Source: an uncultured Lachnospiraceae bacterium (GTDB taxonomy: Bacteria; Bacillota; Clostridia; Oscillospirales; CAG-272). Taken from it: 64,000 nucleotides of DNA. Below, in pieces: positions 9,413 through 21,154 of this stretch; positions within the stretch are counted from its first letter, which is position 1, and each line of letters starts with the position of its first letter. The stretch is from NCBI GenBank assembly GCA_964638675.1, contig CAZXAU010000001.1, forward strand, positions 56,966 through 120,965, in the 5' to 3' direction. The translations under genes were made by a program, and so were the position numbers. A model generated the notes under the pieces. That model was not told where the DNA came from and did not search any database. It was given only the letters and a program-made list of their open reading frames with translations.

Positions 9413-10442
9413 CGGGGAGTTTTCCTCCGCAGAGAGAGGGTTTAAAATCGTATAACGATTTATAGAATCCGAGCAGTGATGTCTTCATTTCCTCACCGCT
9501 CAGACATACGGTCTTGCAAAGCGGAATTGCCGTTTTGGCAATCTGCTCTGAAGGGATGATGCCAAGCTCCGAAACAAGCTTTGCCGCTTCATCATTTTCT
9601 TCATTTACAAATCTGACCGATTCACGCACATCGTCAATTATATTACTTATATCTACACCCTTATCGGCAAGTGATCCTACATTTACCGCTATACAGCTTG
9701 TCATAAGCCGACATTCATCGGATGAAATATTATCAAATTCCTGTGTCATGTCGAGTGCGATGTTAAGACTGTTCTCTGATTTCGCAAGCAGTGTTGTGAC
9801 ATACGGCTGGGGAAGCATTGCAACGCTTGTCTTGCCCGAAAGCAGAATAGAGCCGACCTCTGCCGGTGTGCTGAAATATTCGATATTGACATCTTCTCCG
9901 ACAACAAGTCCGTTTTTCTCGAGAACGTACTCAAGCACGAAGCCGGGGATCAGTCCCTCTCCTGTTGCATATATTGTTTTTCCTCTGAGATCGGATACGC
10001 TTTTGACGCTGCCGTCACTGTCAATCATGTAAAGCACGCCGAGAGTGTTCACCGCCGCAATTTTATATACCCCCGCTGCCTTTACCGAGAGTACAGCCGC
10101 AAGGTTGGTCGGAATGGATACTATGTCATATTTACCGCCGATAAGGTCGGCAAGTGCTTCATCTGCCGAATCTGCAAAAACAAATTCATATCTGCCATTT
10201 TGCGTAAGCTTTGCAAGCGATATTCCCGTGGGTCCGTTCATTGCAAAGACAGACAGTTTTTCATTGGCGGTATTATTATCTGTTGTGGGTGTGGTATCGG
10301 TTGCTGCAGTGCCCTGTGTTGCGGTATCGGATGTATTATTGCCCGATGTGCTGTCGCAGGAGATCAATAATCCGCATATCAGCAGGGCAACAATTAACAG
10401 TATGCCGTATTTTTTTGTTTTTGTAGTTTTGGTCGTTTTCAT
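9393..10442 (-). CDS. ABC transporter substrate-binding lipoprotein (NMT1/THI5-like)
   Basis: Signal peptide with lipobox LLISC, a Thr/Asn-rich linker, then a binding-protein-like body. First gene of the three-gene ABC operon. Confidence 0.75.
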   Translation of the reverse strand: MKTTKTTKTKKYGILLIVALLICGLLISCDSTSGNNTSDTATQGTAATDTTPTTDNNTANEKLSVFAMNGPTGISLAKLTQNGRYEFVFADSADEALADLIGGKYDIVSIPTNLAAVLSVKAAGVYKIAAVNTLGVLYMIDSDGSVKSVSDLRGKTIYATGEGLIPGFVLEYVLEKNGLVVGEDVNIEYFSTPAEVGSILLSGKTSVAMLPQPYVTTLLAKSENSLNIALDMTQEFDNISSDECRLMTSCIAVNVGSLADKGVDISNIIDDVRESVRFVNEENDEAAKLVSELGIIPSEQIAKTAIPLCKTVCLSGEEMKTSLLGFYKSLYDFKPSLCGGKLPDEEIFA

Positions 10443-10531
10443 TTTTGTTCATCCTTTCACAAATAATCTGTGGTAAAATCGCCTGACGTTTTATATCCTG
10501 AATCGATTTTTCCCGATATATTTATATTATT

Positions 10532-11164
10532 TTATTTGACTGTTTTTATTCTGTCCTTATCCCTGACGATCGATCCGCTCTCTTCGAGCGAGGAGAGCAC
10601 TCTGTACAATGATGCCCGTCCTATTCCGAGCCGATCGGCAACTGAGGTCATTTTTTCTTCGATTATGACATATCCCTCTTCATCGACATTGCATTCACGC
10701 AAATATTTCATCACCCTGTCCTGCACGCTCGGCGAAAGATATGAATATATACGGGCATTGAGAAATCTGATCTTCCCGGAAAGCAGTTTTATGATCTTCA
10801 GACCGAATCTGCCGTCCTCTTGCACTGTCTCCTCGATGACCTGTGTCGGCAGAAAAATTATCTCTGCGTTCGATTTTGCAATAATTTCTGTCGAATGCCT
10901 GTCGCATTCCGTATACATTGAAGCAAAGCCGAAGCAGTCGGTTGCGGCAAGTATATTCAAAAGCCGCTTTTTGTCATCCTGCAAAGAATAGACTCCGCAT
11001 TTTCCCGATGCGATCAGACTGATGCCGTTCATCTGCGGAACTCTGTCGTCTTTTGCGATCTTTAATACGCTCGCATTGTCGGAAAGTCTTCCGATAGGTT
11101 TTTCACCGAGATCTGCAAAAAGCTTACATCGGCATATATTCTCTTTTATTTCGTTCTTTTCCAT
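10532..11164 (-). CDS. Crp/Fnr-family transcriptional regulator
   Basis: Start moved to ATG 11164 (MEKNEIKENICRCKLFADL). A cNMP-binding-like N-terminal domain precedes a C-terminal HTH (TSVADRLGIGRASLYRVLSSLEESG). A consensus promoter lies at 11217-11245. Confidence 0.8.
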   Translation of the reverse strand: MEKNEIKENICRCKLFADLGEKPIGRLSDNASVLKIAKDDRVPQMNGISLIASGKCGVYSLQDDKKRLLNILAATDCFGFASMYTECDRHSTEIIAKSNAEIIFLPTQVIEETVQEDGRFGLKIIKLLSGKIRFLNARIYSYLSPSVQDRVMKYLRECNVDEEGYVIIEEKMTSVADRLGIGRASLYRVLSSLEESGSIVRDKDRIKTVK

Positions 11165-11216
11165 CTTTCTTTCCAATCGGTCATTTTTAAAAAAGTGTCT
11201 TAATTGATACACTTTT

Positions 11217-11245
11217 ATTATAATACAGTATGATCGACAAGTCAA
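11217..11245 (-). promoter_or_regulatory. Sigma-A type promoter of the Crp/Fnr gene
   Basis: On the minus strand: TTGACT, a 17-nt spacer, then TATAAT. It lies about 50 nt upstream of ATG 11164. Confidence 0.7.
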
Positions 11246-11276
11246 TAGTATTTTAAAAAAAGTTTGATACAGTACG

Positions 11277-11313
11277 AAAAAAACAGACAGCACCTTTCTT
11301 TTGTGCTGTCTGT
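11277..11313 (-). terminator. Rho-independent terminator after the radical SAM gene
   Basis: On the minus strand: ACAGACAGCAC aaaagaaaggt GTGCTGTCTGT followed by TTTTTTT. Confidence 0.8.
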
Positions 11314-11347
11314 AATTATTACATCGGCTTGTCCGGATCAGAGTTTT

Positions 11348-12247
11348 TTATTTTCTGATAACACCCGTGAGATCAAACGCCGGAGTGAATGACGCCGATG
11401 ATGATGAGCTGTCCTGTGAAAAACCGTTGAACCCATAATCGCTGGCAAGCGACAGAACGCTGTCATATTCAAATGATGTGAGCTTTCTCGAAAGGGGAGG
11501 GATCATGCCTTCGATCGGCGTATATTGATTCATCAGCGAGATCAGAAATTCGTCATTTGAGAAATTGTCGTGAAGAAGCTTCATGACCGCAAGAGAGTTT
11601 TTCCTCTCTCCCGGAATTACGAGGTGTCTGACGATGACTCCCTTTTTCATGATGCCGTCGCCGTCAAGCAGAGGTTTACCCACAAAGGCTATCATTTTTT
11701 TTAGTGCATTCAGTGCCACTTCGGGATAATCCTCCGCATTTGAAAGCCTTTTTGCACTTTCGGGGAGGGCGTATTTGAAATCGGGCAGATATATATCAAC
11801 AATATCACGGAAGTATTCAAGTGTTTCATCGCTTTCATATCCTCCCGTATTGCAGATTATCGGCAATGCAAGCTCGCTTTTTATCGGTGCTATTGCATCA
11901 TATATCATCGGTGCGTAATGAGTGGGGGTGACAAGGTTTATATTATTCGCCCCTTTTTCCTTGAGTTCAAAGCAAATTTCACGTAGCCTTTGAGTGCTGA
12001 TATTCGCCCCGTACAGGCATCCCTTGGAGATCTCATGATTCTGGCAATATATACATCCGAGAGAGCATCCCGAAAAAAATATTGCCCCCGAACCTTTTTT
12101 GCCCGATATAGGCGGTTCTTCCCAAAAATGAAGTGAAGCACGGGAAATATTCAGTTTTTCTCCGACACCGCACGCACCGATGCTATTTTTTCTGTCGCCT
12201 CCACATTTTCTGGGGCAGAGCATACATTTTTCACTGTTAAAATTCAT
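11348..12247 (-). CDS. Radical SAM protein (PflX / pyruvate formate-lyase activase-related family)
   Basis: CxxxCxxC cluster motif in GCSLGCIYCQNHEIS, an additional N-terminal Cys motif (CMLCPRKCG), 299 aa. Confidence 0.75.
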   Translation of the reverse strand: MNFNSEKCMLCPRKCGGDRKNSIGACGVGEKLNISRASLHFWEEPPISGKKGSGAIFFSGCSLGCIYCQNHEISKGCLYGANISTQRLREICFELKEKGANNINLVTPTHYAPMIYDAIAPIKSELALPIICNTGGYESDETLEYFRDIVDIYLPDFKYALPESAKRLSNAEDYPEVALNALKKMIAFVGKPLLDGDGIMKKGVIVRHLVIPGERKNSLAVMKLLHDNFSNDEFLISLMNQYTPIEGMIPPLSRKLTSFEYDSVLSLASDYGFNGFSQDSSSSSASFTPAFDLTGVIRK

Positions 12248-12476
12248 TTTTTCTCCGTCTTATCTTCAAATATAGGGAATACCGTCGAGCATAGTTGTGA
12301 CTGTTTCGGATGACATTATACTTCATATTTGTGAATTAAGGGTTAATAATAAATAATTTATCGATATTTTATATTTTTTTTACAGGACATGCAAAAAGAA
12401 TTCTTTTTTATGTATTAAAATGATAGCGTAAAAAATTCTGTTAAGAAATATTATTATAATATCTTGGAGTTGTTTT

Positions 12477-13304
12477 ATGATTACAGTAGGCATTGACGTC
12501 GGCGGAAGTACGACAAAAATTGTTGGTTTTTCTTCGGATAAAACACTTATTAAACCGATTTTTGTCAAAGCAAACGATCCTGTGACTTCGATATACGGTG
12601 CGCTGGGAAGGTTCACCGTTGAAAATGGGTGTTCTCTTTCCGACATCGGCAAGATCATGATAACCGGAGTCGGCTCTTCAAAGGTTTCGGACAGTCTTTA
12701 CTCAATTCCATGCTTTCATGTCAGCGAATTTGAATCTGTCGCAAGAGGTGGAATCTATTTATCGGGGCTGGATAAGGCAATTATTGCGAGCATGGGTACC
12801 GGGACGGCACTTGTCTATGCCGAAAAAAACGGAATAAACGAATATCTCGGCGGAACGGGTGTCGGTGGAGGAACTATAGGCGGACTGTGCAAGCTTCTTC
12901 TCGGAATGTACAATATCGGTCATATATCCGAGCTTGCAGGAGAGGGCAATCTCTCCAATGTGGATCTCCGCATTTCTGATATCTCATCAGACGATAAAAA
13001 ACTCGGTCTGCCCGGGGAAATGACGGCTGCCAATTTCGGAAATGTAAGTGATATAGCATCTAAGGCAGATATTGCAATGGGAACGATCAATATTGTGATA
13101 GAAACGGTCGGAATGATGTGCATTTTCGCCGCAAGGGCTCATAACACACGTGATATTGTGCTGACAGGGCATATATCTACCATCGCACAGTCAAAGGAAA
13201 GATTTGAAATACTAAGCAAAATGTTTGACCTGAATTTTGTAATACCCGAAATGTCACAGTTTGCTACGGTTATCGGTGCGGCACTTCAGGGCACACAGGA
13301 CTGA
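12477..13304 (+). CDS. coaW: Type II pantothenate kinase
   Basis: Motifs line up with the staphylococcal type II PanK as I recall it: GIDVGGSTTKIV, MGTGTA, GGTGVGGGTIGGLCKLLL, GEMTAANFG. Length 275 aa. Confidence 0.8.
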   Translation: MITVGIDVGGSTTKIVGFSSDKTLIKPIFVKANDPVTSIYGALGRFTVENGCSLSDIGKIMITGVGSSKVSDSLYSIPCFHVSEFESVARGGIYLSGLDKAIIASMGTGTALVYAEKNGINEYLGGTGVGGGTIGGLCKLLLGMYNIGHISELAGEGNLSNVDLRISDISSDDKKLGLPGEMTAANFGNVSDIASKADIAMGTINIVIETVGMMCIFAARAHNTRDIVLTGHISTIAQSKERFEILSKMFDLNFVIPEMSQFATVIGAALQGTQD

Positions 13305-13374
13305 TAGGGAATCTTATCTTACGGATTCGGCGTCCGGGTGCTCCCCATATTATTGTGAAAGGTTAAAATAAAAA

Positions 13375-14568
13375 ATGTTCAGCGGAAAAATTCTGAATTT
13401 CTTGCTTTTCTCTGTTTTATTTGTAATGACAATACAGCTTTCCGGATGTAATGTGATAGGTTGTTATGAATCAGATGAGATTGTCATTTCTGAAGACAGT
13501 AAAATTTTTATAGTCTACGGATGCAAAGCAAGTGATTATGTAATTAAAAACGCACAAAATCTCGGAAATACACTCAAAGAGCAGACAGGAGCTTCTGTTG
13601 TTATAAAAAGCGACTGGAAATTCAACGAAAAAAACGATTTGAGGCCTGATGACAGAACGGCAGTTGTGATCCTTTACGGTGACACCGATCAGGAATTGAG
13701 CAAAAGCTGTTATGAAAGTATCCGTGAGGATGGCTTCGAGGGTTACATGGTGAAAACCACCGGAAACCATATAGTTATTTCAGCCACCACTGAAAAGTTG
13801 CTTATGTCTGCCGCTGAGGATATTATTGCAGATTATTCAAAAGAAGATCGGACTTTTGAGATCCCATGTGATAAATCGATAAAAAGTACCGAAAACAATT
13901 TTTTCTGTATTGCTGATAAAGGACAGGTCAAGGCTGATTTTGTAATTAAAGAAGGCGTCGGAGAGGATGCCCGGGCGCTGACCCGTCTTGCCGCACAGAT
14001 GATCGGAAAAAAATGCAATAAATCGGCAGATGTCTATTTCGAGGGCGAATATATTGAATCGGAAAACAACTGTATAATAGTATCGTTGGATGATATTGAT
14101 ACAGAAAACGCCGAACAGCACGAGCACATATCGAGAATAAAATGTGAAAACGGCAGATTGTATATAAGCGGCAGTGATGATGTGTCACTTCTGAGTGCGA
14201 TCTCTTCTTTCATCGGAGAAGTAATTATTAACTGTGACAGACGAGAGAACGGAGGCAATCTCTTTTATTTTCCCGAATATAGATCGATAAGTTATTCATG
14301 GAATTACCCGTTGCCGATAATACCTTCCTGTACGCTCGATAATTATATGACATCCGATGCAGTTGAGTTGCGTTTTGAATTCGGCGGAGCGACCGATCAG
14401 GTATTCAGTTCCTATTCGGATATTCTCAGGAAGATAGGTTTCAGCCTAATAGATGTTCAATCGCTCAACGAATGTGAGCTGTCTGTATTCTATAAAGACT
14501 ATACGAAGGTCTATATCAAATATTATTCAAATGATTCGAAAATCACCCTTGCCGTAACAATGGCATAA
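13375..14568 (+). CDS. Hypothetical lipoprotein (397 aa)
   Basis: Signal peptide with lipobox LSGC. No recognisable catalytic motifs. Confidence 0.6.
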   Translation: MFSGKILNFLLFSVLFVMTIQLSGCNVIGCYESDEIVISEDSKIFIVYGCKASDYVIKNAQNLGNTLKEQTGASVVIKSDWKFNEKNDLRPDDRTAVVILYGDTDQELSKSCYESIREDGFEGYMVKTTGNHIVISATTEKLLMSAAEDIIADYSKEDRTFEIPCDKSIKSTENNFFCIADKGQVKADFVIKEGVGEDARALTRLAAQMIGKKCNKSADVYFEGEYIESENNCIIVSLDDIDTENAEQHEHISRIKCENGRLYISGSDDVSLLSAISSFIGEVIINCDRRENGGNLFYFPEYRSISYSWNYPLPIIPSCTLDNYMTSDAVELRFEFGGATDQVFSSYSDILRKIGFSLIDVQSLNECELSVFYKDYTKVYIKYYSNDSKITLAVTMA

Positions 14569-14772
14569 TGGTATGACAGAGTATTAAAAGTGTTTGCATA
14601 AAAACGCAGACACTTTTTTATTTCACTTTGAAAAACTTTCGGATAAATCGAAAATATCTTGTTTACATTTAAAAAATAATGTGATATACTGTGTTGTAGT
14701 TGAGAAAAATACATTTTGAAAAAATGTTAATCGGTATCTGAGAATGCTCGGGTAAAAAGAAGGGGTGATCGT

Positions 14773-16818
14773 GTGAAAGAAATCGAATCAAAACCGTTCA
14801 GGCTTGTGTCCGACTATAAGCCTACGGGAGACCAGCCTGAGGCGATCAAAAAGCTTGTGGAGGGTATAGAAAGAGGAGATGCAATGCAGACTCTTTTGGG
14901 TGTTACAGGCTCGGGTAAGACATTCACAATGGCGAACGTTATAGCCAAGTGTAACCGTCCTGCCCTTATTCTTGCACACAACAAAACGCTTGCCGCACAG
15001 CTTTGCAGTGAATTCAAGGAATTCTTTCCTGATAATGCGGTCGAGTATTTTGTATCTTATTATGACTATTATCAGCCCGAGGCATATATTCCCGGGACAG
15101 ACAAATATATAGAAAAGGACGCCGCCGTCAATGATGAAATTGACAGACTGCGTCACAGTGCCACAACAGCCCTGATGACGAGAAGAGATGTCATTGTTGT
15201 GTCTTCGGTATCGTGTATATATTCGCTCGGAGATCCCTCAGAGTATGAAAATCAGATGCTTGAATTTTCGGTCGGTGATGAGATCAGCCGTGAGGATATC
15301 ATAGAAAAGCTGGTTGCGATAAGGTATGAACGGAATGATATAGCATTTGAGAGAAACCGCTTTCGTGTCAGGGGCGATACTCTTGAGATTTATCCTGCGG
15401 GGGGAGAAGAGCATATTGCCGTTCGCATTGAGTTTTTCGGCGATGAAATTGACAGAATATATATAATCAATACAGTGACGGGAGAGATTCTCCGTCAGCC
15501 GCTCTATTACGCAATTTTCCCTGCAAGCCACTATGTTGCATCCGAAAAGGCAAAAGAGCGTGCGCTCATTGAAATAGAAGAGGAAATGAAAGAAAGAGTT
15601 GCCGAATTTGAATCACAGGGCAAGCTTATTGAGGCTCAGAGAATCAAAGAGCGGACAAGTTATGACCTTGAAATGATCCGGGAGATCGGTTATTGTTCTG
15701 GGATCGAGAATTACTCAAGGGTAATGTCTGGAAGAGAACCGGGTTCAACCCCTTATACATTGCTCGACTTCTTCCCGGACGATTTTCTGCTTTTCATCGA
15801 TGAGTCACATGTCACGATTCCTCAGGTCAGAGCGATGAGCGGCGGCGACAGAGCGAGAAAGGAAAATCTTGTTGAATACGGCTTCAGACTTCCTTCTGCA
15901 TTTGACAACAGACCGCTCCGCTTCGATGAATTTGAAGGAAAGCTGAATCAGACAGTTTTTGTCTCAGCAACTCCTGCTGAATACGAAAAAGAGCGTTCAA
16001 CCCAGACAGCCGAACAGCTGATACGTCCGACCGGACTTGTAGATCCCGAGGTGATCGTACGTCCAATCGAAGGTCAGGTCGATGATCTGATGCATGAGAT
16101 CGATATACGCACCAAGAAGGGCGAGCGTGTGCTCGTTACGACTCTTACAACATCAATGGCGGAAGATCTTACCGAATATTTTGAAACGCACGGAATAAAG
16201 GTCAAATATATACATCACAAGGTCGAAACGATGGAGCGTAGTGAGATCCTGCGTGATCTGCGACTCGGTGTCTTTGACGTGCTTGTCGGGATAAACCTTC
16301 TCCGTGAAGGACTTGACCTGCCCGAGGTCTCGCTTGTCGCAATACTTGATGCCGATAAGGAAGGATTTCTGCGTTCCGAAACTTCGCTGATACAGACGAT
16401 AGGAAGAGCGGCAAGAAATTCGGAAGGAAAAGTCATAATGTATGCCGACAATATTACAGACTCCATGAAGGGTGCGATAGGCGAAACAAACCGCCGCCGG
16501 AAGATACAGACAGAATATAACGAATTGCACGGAATCACGCCAGAAACGATCAAGAAAGCAGTGAGAGATCTGCCCGGCTCGGATATCCTGCCGTCAATGA
16601 AAAACAAACGCACCGATAAAAATGCGGTGAACAAAAAGAATAAGAGCGCTCAAAATGACAGCTTTGATATGTTCGATATTTTTGAGGGAAAAGAACTGTC
16701 AAAGGAACAAAAGATCTCACAACTCACAAAACAGATGCGTCAGGCGGCACTGTTGCTCGAATTTGAAAAAGCGGCAGAGCTTCGTGATGCGATCAATAAA
16801 TTGAAAGCAGAAGAATGA
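14773..16818 (+). CDS. uvrB: Excinuclease ABC subunit B
   Basis: GTG start after AAGGGG. Motifs: [19 protein letters not shown] (Walker A), helicase motifs, and a C-terminal UVR domain ([16 protein letters not shown]). Confidence 0.97.
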   Translation: MKEIESKPFRLVSDYKPTGDQPEAIKKLVEGIERGDAMQTLLGVTGSGKTFTMANVIAKCNRPALILAHNKTLAAQLCSEFKEFFPDNAVEYFVSYYDYYQPEAYIPGTDKYIEKDAAVNDEIDRLRHSATTALMTRRDVIVVSSVSCIYSLGDPSEYENQMLEFSVGDEISREDIIEKLVAIRYERNDIAFERNRFRVRGDTLEIYPAGGEEHIAVRIEFFGDEIDRIYIINTVTGEILRQPLYYAIFPASHYVASEKAKERALIEIEEEMKERVAEFESQGKLIEAQRIKERTSYDLEMIREIGYCSGIENYSRVMSGREPGSTPYTLLDFFPDDFLLFIDESHVTIPQVRAMSGGDRARKENLVEYGFRLPSAFDNRPLRFDEFEGKLNQTVFVSATPAEYEKERSTQTAEQLIRPTGLVDPEVIVRPIEGQVDDLMHEIDIRTKKGERVLVTTLTTSMAEDLTEYFETHGIKVKYIHHKVETMERSEILRDLRLGVFDVLVGINLLREGLDLPEVSLVAILDADKEGFLRSETSLIQTIGRAARNSEGKVIMYADNITDSMKGAIGETNRRRKIQTEYNELHGITPETIKKAVRDLPGSDILPSMKNKRTDKNAVNKKNKSAQNDSFDMFDIFEGKELSKEQKISQLTKQMRQAALLLEFEKAAELRDAINKLKAEE

Positions 16819-16904
16819 CCTATAAATAAGGCGGTACGACCCTATTCGACGGAAATCGGGGATACCTGTCTTAAGGTGTAATAATCAAAAGGAAAAAATC
16901 AATA

Positions 16905-19739
16905 ATGAACAATTCGATAAAAATTAAGGGTGCAAGAGAAAATAATCTCAAAAATATAGATGTCGAAATTCCTCGTGATAAGCTTGTCGTAATTACGGGA
17001 CTCTCGGGCTCGGGAAAATCGTCACTCGCATTTGATACGATATACGCCGAAGGGCATCGCCGATTTGTGGAATCTCTCTCGTCATATGCAAGGCAGTTTC
17101 TCGGTCAGCTTGATAAGCCGGATGTCGATTTTATTGAAGGACTTTCGCCCGCAATTGCTATAGACCAGAAAACGACATCGAAAAATCCACGCTCCACGGT
17201 TGGAACTATAACAGAAATTTATGATTATCTCCGACTTTTATATGCGAGAGTCGGAACTCCGCACTGTCCGATCTGCGGCAGGGCGATAATTATGCGTACT
17301 ACCGACAGCATAATTGATGAGATTATGGATCTGCCCGAGAAGACAAGATTTGTTTTAATGGCACCTGTCGTCAAATCAAAAAAAGGTATGCACGAAAAGG
17401 TGTTTGAATCGGCGAAAAAATCGGGATATGCACGTGTAAGAGTTGACGGCTCGATATATGAGCTGACCGAAGAGATCAAACTCGACAAAAACCTCAAACA
17501 TACAATAGAGATCGTTGTTGACCGCCTTGTCATAAAAAGCGATCTCCGCCCGCGCCTTGCCGATTCGGTCGAAACTGCAATGAAGCTTGCGGACGGCTGT
17601 ATAAAGGTACTTGTAATGCCGAAGGATTCGGAGGAATACGAGCTTGATTTCAACCGCAACTACGCCTGTGAGGAGCATGGGATATCATTTCCCGAGCTTT
17701 CACCACGTATGTTTTCATTCAACAATCCGCTCGGTGCTTGCGATGAATGCTCTGGACTCGGTGAAAAGCGGATATTTTCTCCCTATCGAATGATCCCCGA
17801 TAAGTCAAAATCCCTGCGAGAGGGAGCAATACAGGTAAACGGCTTCAAGACGGTCAGCGAAAAGACATGGAACGGTCCTCTTTTCATCCTTTTGGGCAAA
17901 GATTACGGTTTTACCATAGACACTCCGCTGAATCAATTTTCAGATGAAGCAATGAATGCTCTGCTCTACGGATGTGATAAGACCTATGAATTTATAGGGG
18001 AATTTGACGGCAATAAAAAACCACGAAAGGTCAAATATGAAGGTATTGTCGGCATGATGGAGCAAAGGGCGGGAACTGGAATATTCGGCTCGCAGGAGTA
18101 TTACGATCAGTTTGTCGATGATATCCCATGTCCGAAATGCAAAGGAAAGCGACTGAAAAAGGAGCTTTTGTGCGTAACTGTCGGGGATAAAAGCATTGAT
18201 GAATTCTGCGATATGCCGATCTCACAGGCGCTTGATTTCGTCAATAATTTACAGCTCAGCCCGAGCAATCAAAAAATCGCAAAGGATATACTTACCGAAC
18301 TCAAAGCAAGGCTTAATTTCCTTTATGAAGTCGGTCTTGAATATCTGACTCTCTCAAGAAAGGCGGGAACGCTCTCGGGAGGAGAAAGCCAGAGAATACG
18401 TCTTGCAACCCAGATAGGGTCGGCTCTCATGGGGGTAATATATATACTTGACGAACCCTCGATAGGGCTGCATCAGCGTGACAATTGCAAGCTTATTGCA
18501 ACACTTAAAAAACTGCGTGATACAGGAAACACTGTGCTTGTCGTAGAACACGATGAAGAAACGATGCTCGAATCGGACTATATTATAGATATAGGACCAG
18601 GTGCAGGAGTAAACGGCGGACAGCTTGTTGCCTGCGGAACACCCAAACAGCTTATGATGTCAAAGAGATCTGTTACGGGCGATTTTCTCTCGGGCAGAAG
18701 AAAGATAGCCGTTCCCGAAACAAGAAGAGAAGGAAACGGAAAATTTCTTGAGATAAAGGGCGCATCGCTCAACAATCTGAAAAATGTCAATGTGAAAATA
18801 CCACTCGGGACTCTTACCTGTATTACCGGTGTTTCGGGTTCGGGAAAATCCTCACTCATAAACGGAACACTTTATCCCGTGCTCGCCTCTGAGCTGAACG
18901 GTGCACACACATTTCCGGGAAAGCATGATAAGATCCTCGGCATACAGCATCTTGACAAGGTTATCGCCATCGATCAAAGCCCGATAGGACGGACCCCACG
19001 TTCAAACCCTGCGACATATACAGGCGTTTTCACCGACATACGTGAGCTCTTTTCCGAAACGCCCGATGCGAAAAAGCGTGCTTATACCTCGGGAAGATTT
19101 TCTTTCAATGTGAAAGGCGGAAGATGCGAAGCATGTGAGGGAGACGGCGTGAAATGTATAGAAATGCATTTTCTTCCCGATGTATATGTCACATGCCCCG
19201 TGTGTCACGGAAAAAGATATAATATAGACACTCTCGAGTGCCGGTATAAAGGCAAAAATATATCGGATGTACTCGAAATGAGCGTAGATGAAGCGGTTGA
19301 CTTCTTCGCAAATCAGCCTAAGATCTTACGCAAAATTACAACTCTTCAGGATGTCGGACTCGGATATATAAAGCTCGGCCAGTCTGCAACCACACTTTCG
19401 GGAGGAGAAGCACAGAGAGTCAAGCTTGCAACAGAGCTGTCAAAACGTGATACCGGAAAAACAGTCTATATCCTTGACGAGCCGACAACAGGTCTGCATT
19501 CAGCCGATGTTGAAAAGCTGATAGCAATACTCGACCGCCTTGTGTCAAACGGCAACAGCGTTATTGTCATCGAGCACAACATCGATGTAATAAAAACTGC
19601 CGACTATATCATTGATATGGGACCCGAAGGCGGAAACGGCGGCGGACAGGTCGTTGCAACAGGAACGCCCGAGCAGGTCGCCGAAAACGAAAGATCACAT
19701 ACAGGGAAATGTCTGATTAAAGTGCTGGAAAAGTGCTGA
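16905..19739 (+). CDS. uvrA: Excinuclease ABC subunit A
   Basis: Two ABC ATPase modules ([25 protein letters not shown]; [16 protein letters not shown]) and zinc-finger Cys clusters. 944 aa. Confidence 0.97.
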   Translation: MNNSIKIKGARENNLKNIDVEIPRDKLVVITGLSGSGKSSLAFDTIYAEGHRRFVESLSSYARQFLGQLDKPDVDFIEGLSPAIAIDQKTTSKNPRSTVGTITEIYDYLRLLYARVGTPHCPICGRAIIMRTTDSIIDEIMDLPEKTRFVLMAPVVKSKKGMHEKVFESAKKSGYARVRVDGSIYELTEEIKLDKNLKHTIEIVVDRLVIKSDLRPRLADSVETAMKLADGCIKVLVMPKDSEEYELDFNRNYACEEHGISFPELSPRMFSFNNPLGACDECSGLGEKRIFSPYRMIPDKSKSLREGAIQVNGFKTVSEKTWNGPLFILLGKDYGFTIDTPLNQFSDEAMNALLYGCDKTYEFIGEFDGNKKPRKVKYEGIVGMMEQRAGTGIFGSQEYYDQFVDDIPCPKCKGKRLKKELLCVTVGDKSIDEFCDMPISQALDFVNNLQLSPSNQKIAKDILTELKARLNFLYEVGLEYLTLSRKAGTLSGGESQRIRLATQIGSALMGVIYILDEPSIGLHQRDNCKLIATLKKLRDTGNTVLVVEHDEETMLESDYIIDIGPGAGVNGGQLVACGTPKQLMMSKRSVTGDFLSGRRKIAVPETRREGNGKFLEIKGASLNNLKNVNVKIPLGTLTCITGVSGSGKSSLINGTLYPVLASELNGAHTFPGKHDKILGIQHLDKVIAIDQSPIGRTPRSNPATYTGVFTDIRELFSETPDAKKRAYTSGRFSFNVKGGRCEACEGDGVKCIEMHFLPDVYVTCPVCHGKRYNIDTLECRYKGKNISDVLEMSVDEAVDFFANQPKILRKITTLQDVGLGYIKLGQSATTLSGGEAQRVKLATELSKRDTGKTVYILDEPTTGLHSADVEKLIAILDRLVSNGNSVIVIEHNIDVIKTADYIIDMGPEGGNGGGQVVATGTPEQVAENERSHTGKCLIKVLEKC

Positions 19740-19766
19740 AGAATCAAATTATCATATTAAATTAAT

Positions 19767-19794
19767 AAACCCTTCGAAGCCTTTCGGAGGGTTT
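19767..19794. terminator. Bidirectional terminator between uvrA and the convergent methyltransferase gene
   Basis: AAACCCTTCGAAGCCTTTCGGAGGGTTT hairpin with A/T runs on both sides. Confidence 0.7.
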
Positions 19795-19806
19795 GTTTAG
19801 TTATTA

Positions 19807-20997
19807 TTAATCAATCATTATTTTTGCGATAAAGGGCTTAACGCCGAGAAATTCGCACGACTTTGTAAATTCATCTGCCGCTTTTTTGCGCTTTTCCTGT
19901 GGGGTATTCTTATATATTGCCCGAATAATTACATTTTTTGGGGTTTCCTCTGGGTCTATAAGCTCAAATGCCGCCACTTCATAGCCTTTGCTCTCCAGTG
20001 CAAGTACACGCAGAGAATCGGTCAGTGCATCGGCGAGCTTCTGTCGCAATATTGAATGTCTTGTCACGAAAGCAAGCTCTTTACAATCGAGCTGGCGGTT
20101 AAGCTCATGGTGACAGCAGGGGGTTGATAATATGACTTTGGCCTTTAAACGTATGGCATTCATGAGTACTATATCGGTTGCGATATCGCATGCATGAAGT
20201 GAAACGACCATGTCGGCATCTTTTGTAAGCGTAAATGCCGAGATATCGCCCGATATAAAATGCATTCCCGAATATCCGAGCTTTTCGGCAAGCGAGCCGC
20301 AATAGCATATGACGTCCGATTTCAGATCTACACCGTACATATTGACCTTTCTGCCTTTTACACAGGTCAGATAGTGATAAAGAGCAAAGGTCAGATAGCT
20401 TTTTCCGCAACACAGATCACATACGGTAAGCTCACCCTCAGGCGGCAGTGAGTCGTATACATCACGCACGACCTCCAGAAATTTATTGATCTGCCTGAAT
20501 TTTGACATTTTCCTGTCAAAAACATTTCCGTTTTCGTCTGATATTCCGAGTCCGTATAGAAAATCCTTTGAGTTTGCGGCATCGATGATATACTTCTTCT
20601 GTCTGTCGTGTCCGGGAATCTCAAGCTCATACATCGACACATTTTCGTGTTTTATACGGTCAATAACAGTAACTTTGCCGTTTTTTGATATCATGACCTG
20701 GCATTCTCCGCAAAGGGTGATGATATTGCATCTTTTAAAATCATTAAGTGCCTTATTTGCAAGTACTTCGGGTGCTTCTCCTGCGGTATAATTTCTTCGC
20801 AAAGATTTTCCGTCTTTTCTGAATTCTGTATAGTTGATGAAAAGTCTGTCAGATTTCTCAAAAAGCGCCGCCTCCGCTCTCAGTATATCGTGGCTTACAG
20901 GTATCGAAAAAACGATTTTTTTAAGCGCATGTTTTTCGATGGCTTCATCAATTATTCCTTGTATCTTTTCAAATTCATTCTTCATTATTGTCAGCAC
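19807..20997 (-). CDS. Class I SAM-dependent methyltransferase (396 aa)
   Basis: A Rossmann SAM-binding motif region (VCDLCCGKSYLTFALYHYL) with an acidic loop (VDLKSDV) lies in the C-terminal half. The N-terminal domain is of unknown function. Confidence 0.7.
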   Translation of the reverse strand: MLTIMKNEFEKIQGIIDEAIEKHALKKIVFSIPVSHDILRAEAALFEKSDRLFINYTEFRKDGKSLRRNYTAGEAPEVLANKALNDFKRCNIITLCGECQVMISKNGKVTVIDRIKHENVSMYELEIPGHDRQKKYIIDAANSKDFLYGLGISDENGNVFDRKMSKFRQINKFLEVVRDVYDSLPPEGELTVCDLCCGKSYLTFALYHYLTCVKGRKVNMYGVDLKSDVICYCGSLAEKLGYSGMHFISGDISAFTLTKDADMVVSLHACDIATDIVLMNAIRLKAKVILSTPCCHHELNRQLDCKELAFVTRHSILRQKLADALTDSLRVLALESKGYEVAAFELIDPEETPKNVIIRAIYKNTPQEKRKKAADEFTKSCEFLGVKPFIAKIMID

Positions 20998-21122
20998 CTT
21001 TCGTTTTGGGCGTTTCTGTAATCTTGTCGGATATTATATCAGAAATCCGGCTCGGTTTCAATATGATATAAAAATTTTTACCGTATTGGTCTTTTATGAC
21101 CGATCGAATAACTGATTAAGGC

Positions 21123-21153
21123 AAAAAACCGCCTTGTGACGGGCGGTTTTTTT
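21123..21153 (-). terminator. Rho-independent terminator ending the four-gene minus-strand operon
   Basis: AAAAAACCGCC ttgtgac GGGCGGTTTTTTT, starting 2 nt after the stop codon of the 652-aa gene. Confidence 0.85.
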
Positions 21154-21154
21154 A

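Noticed and set aside
14569-14772. LexA (Cheo-box, CGAAC-N4-GTTCG) operator upstream of uvrB
   Set aside because: The closest sequence, CGAAAATATCTTGTTT, is not palindromic and misses the conserved GAAC/GTTC half-sites.
16215-17659. Antisense ORFs of 139-144 aa inside uvrB and uvrA (16215-16634, 17225-17659)
   Set aside because: They lie opposite highly conserved repair genes, have Ser/Arg-rich low-complexity translations, and lack an RBS.
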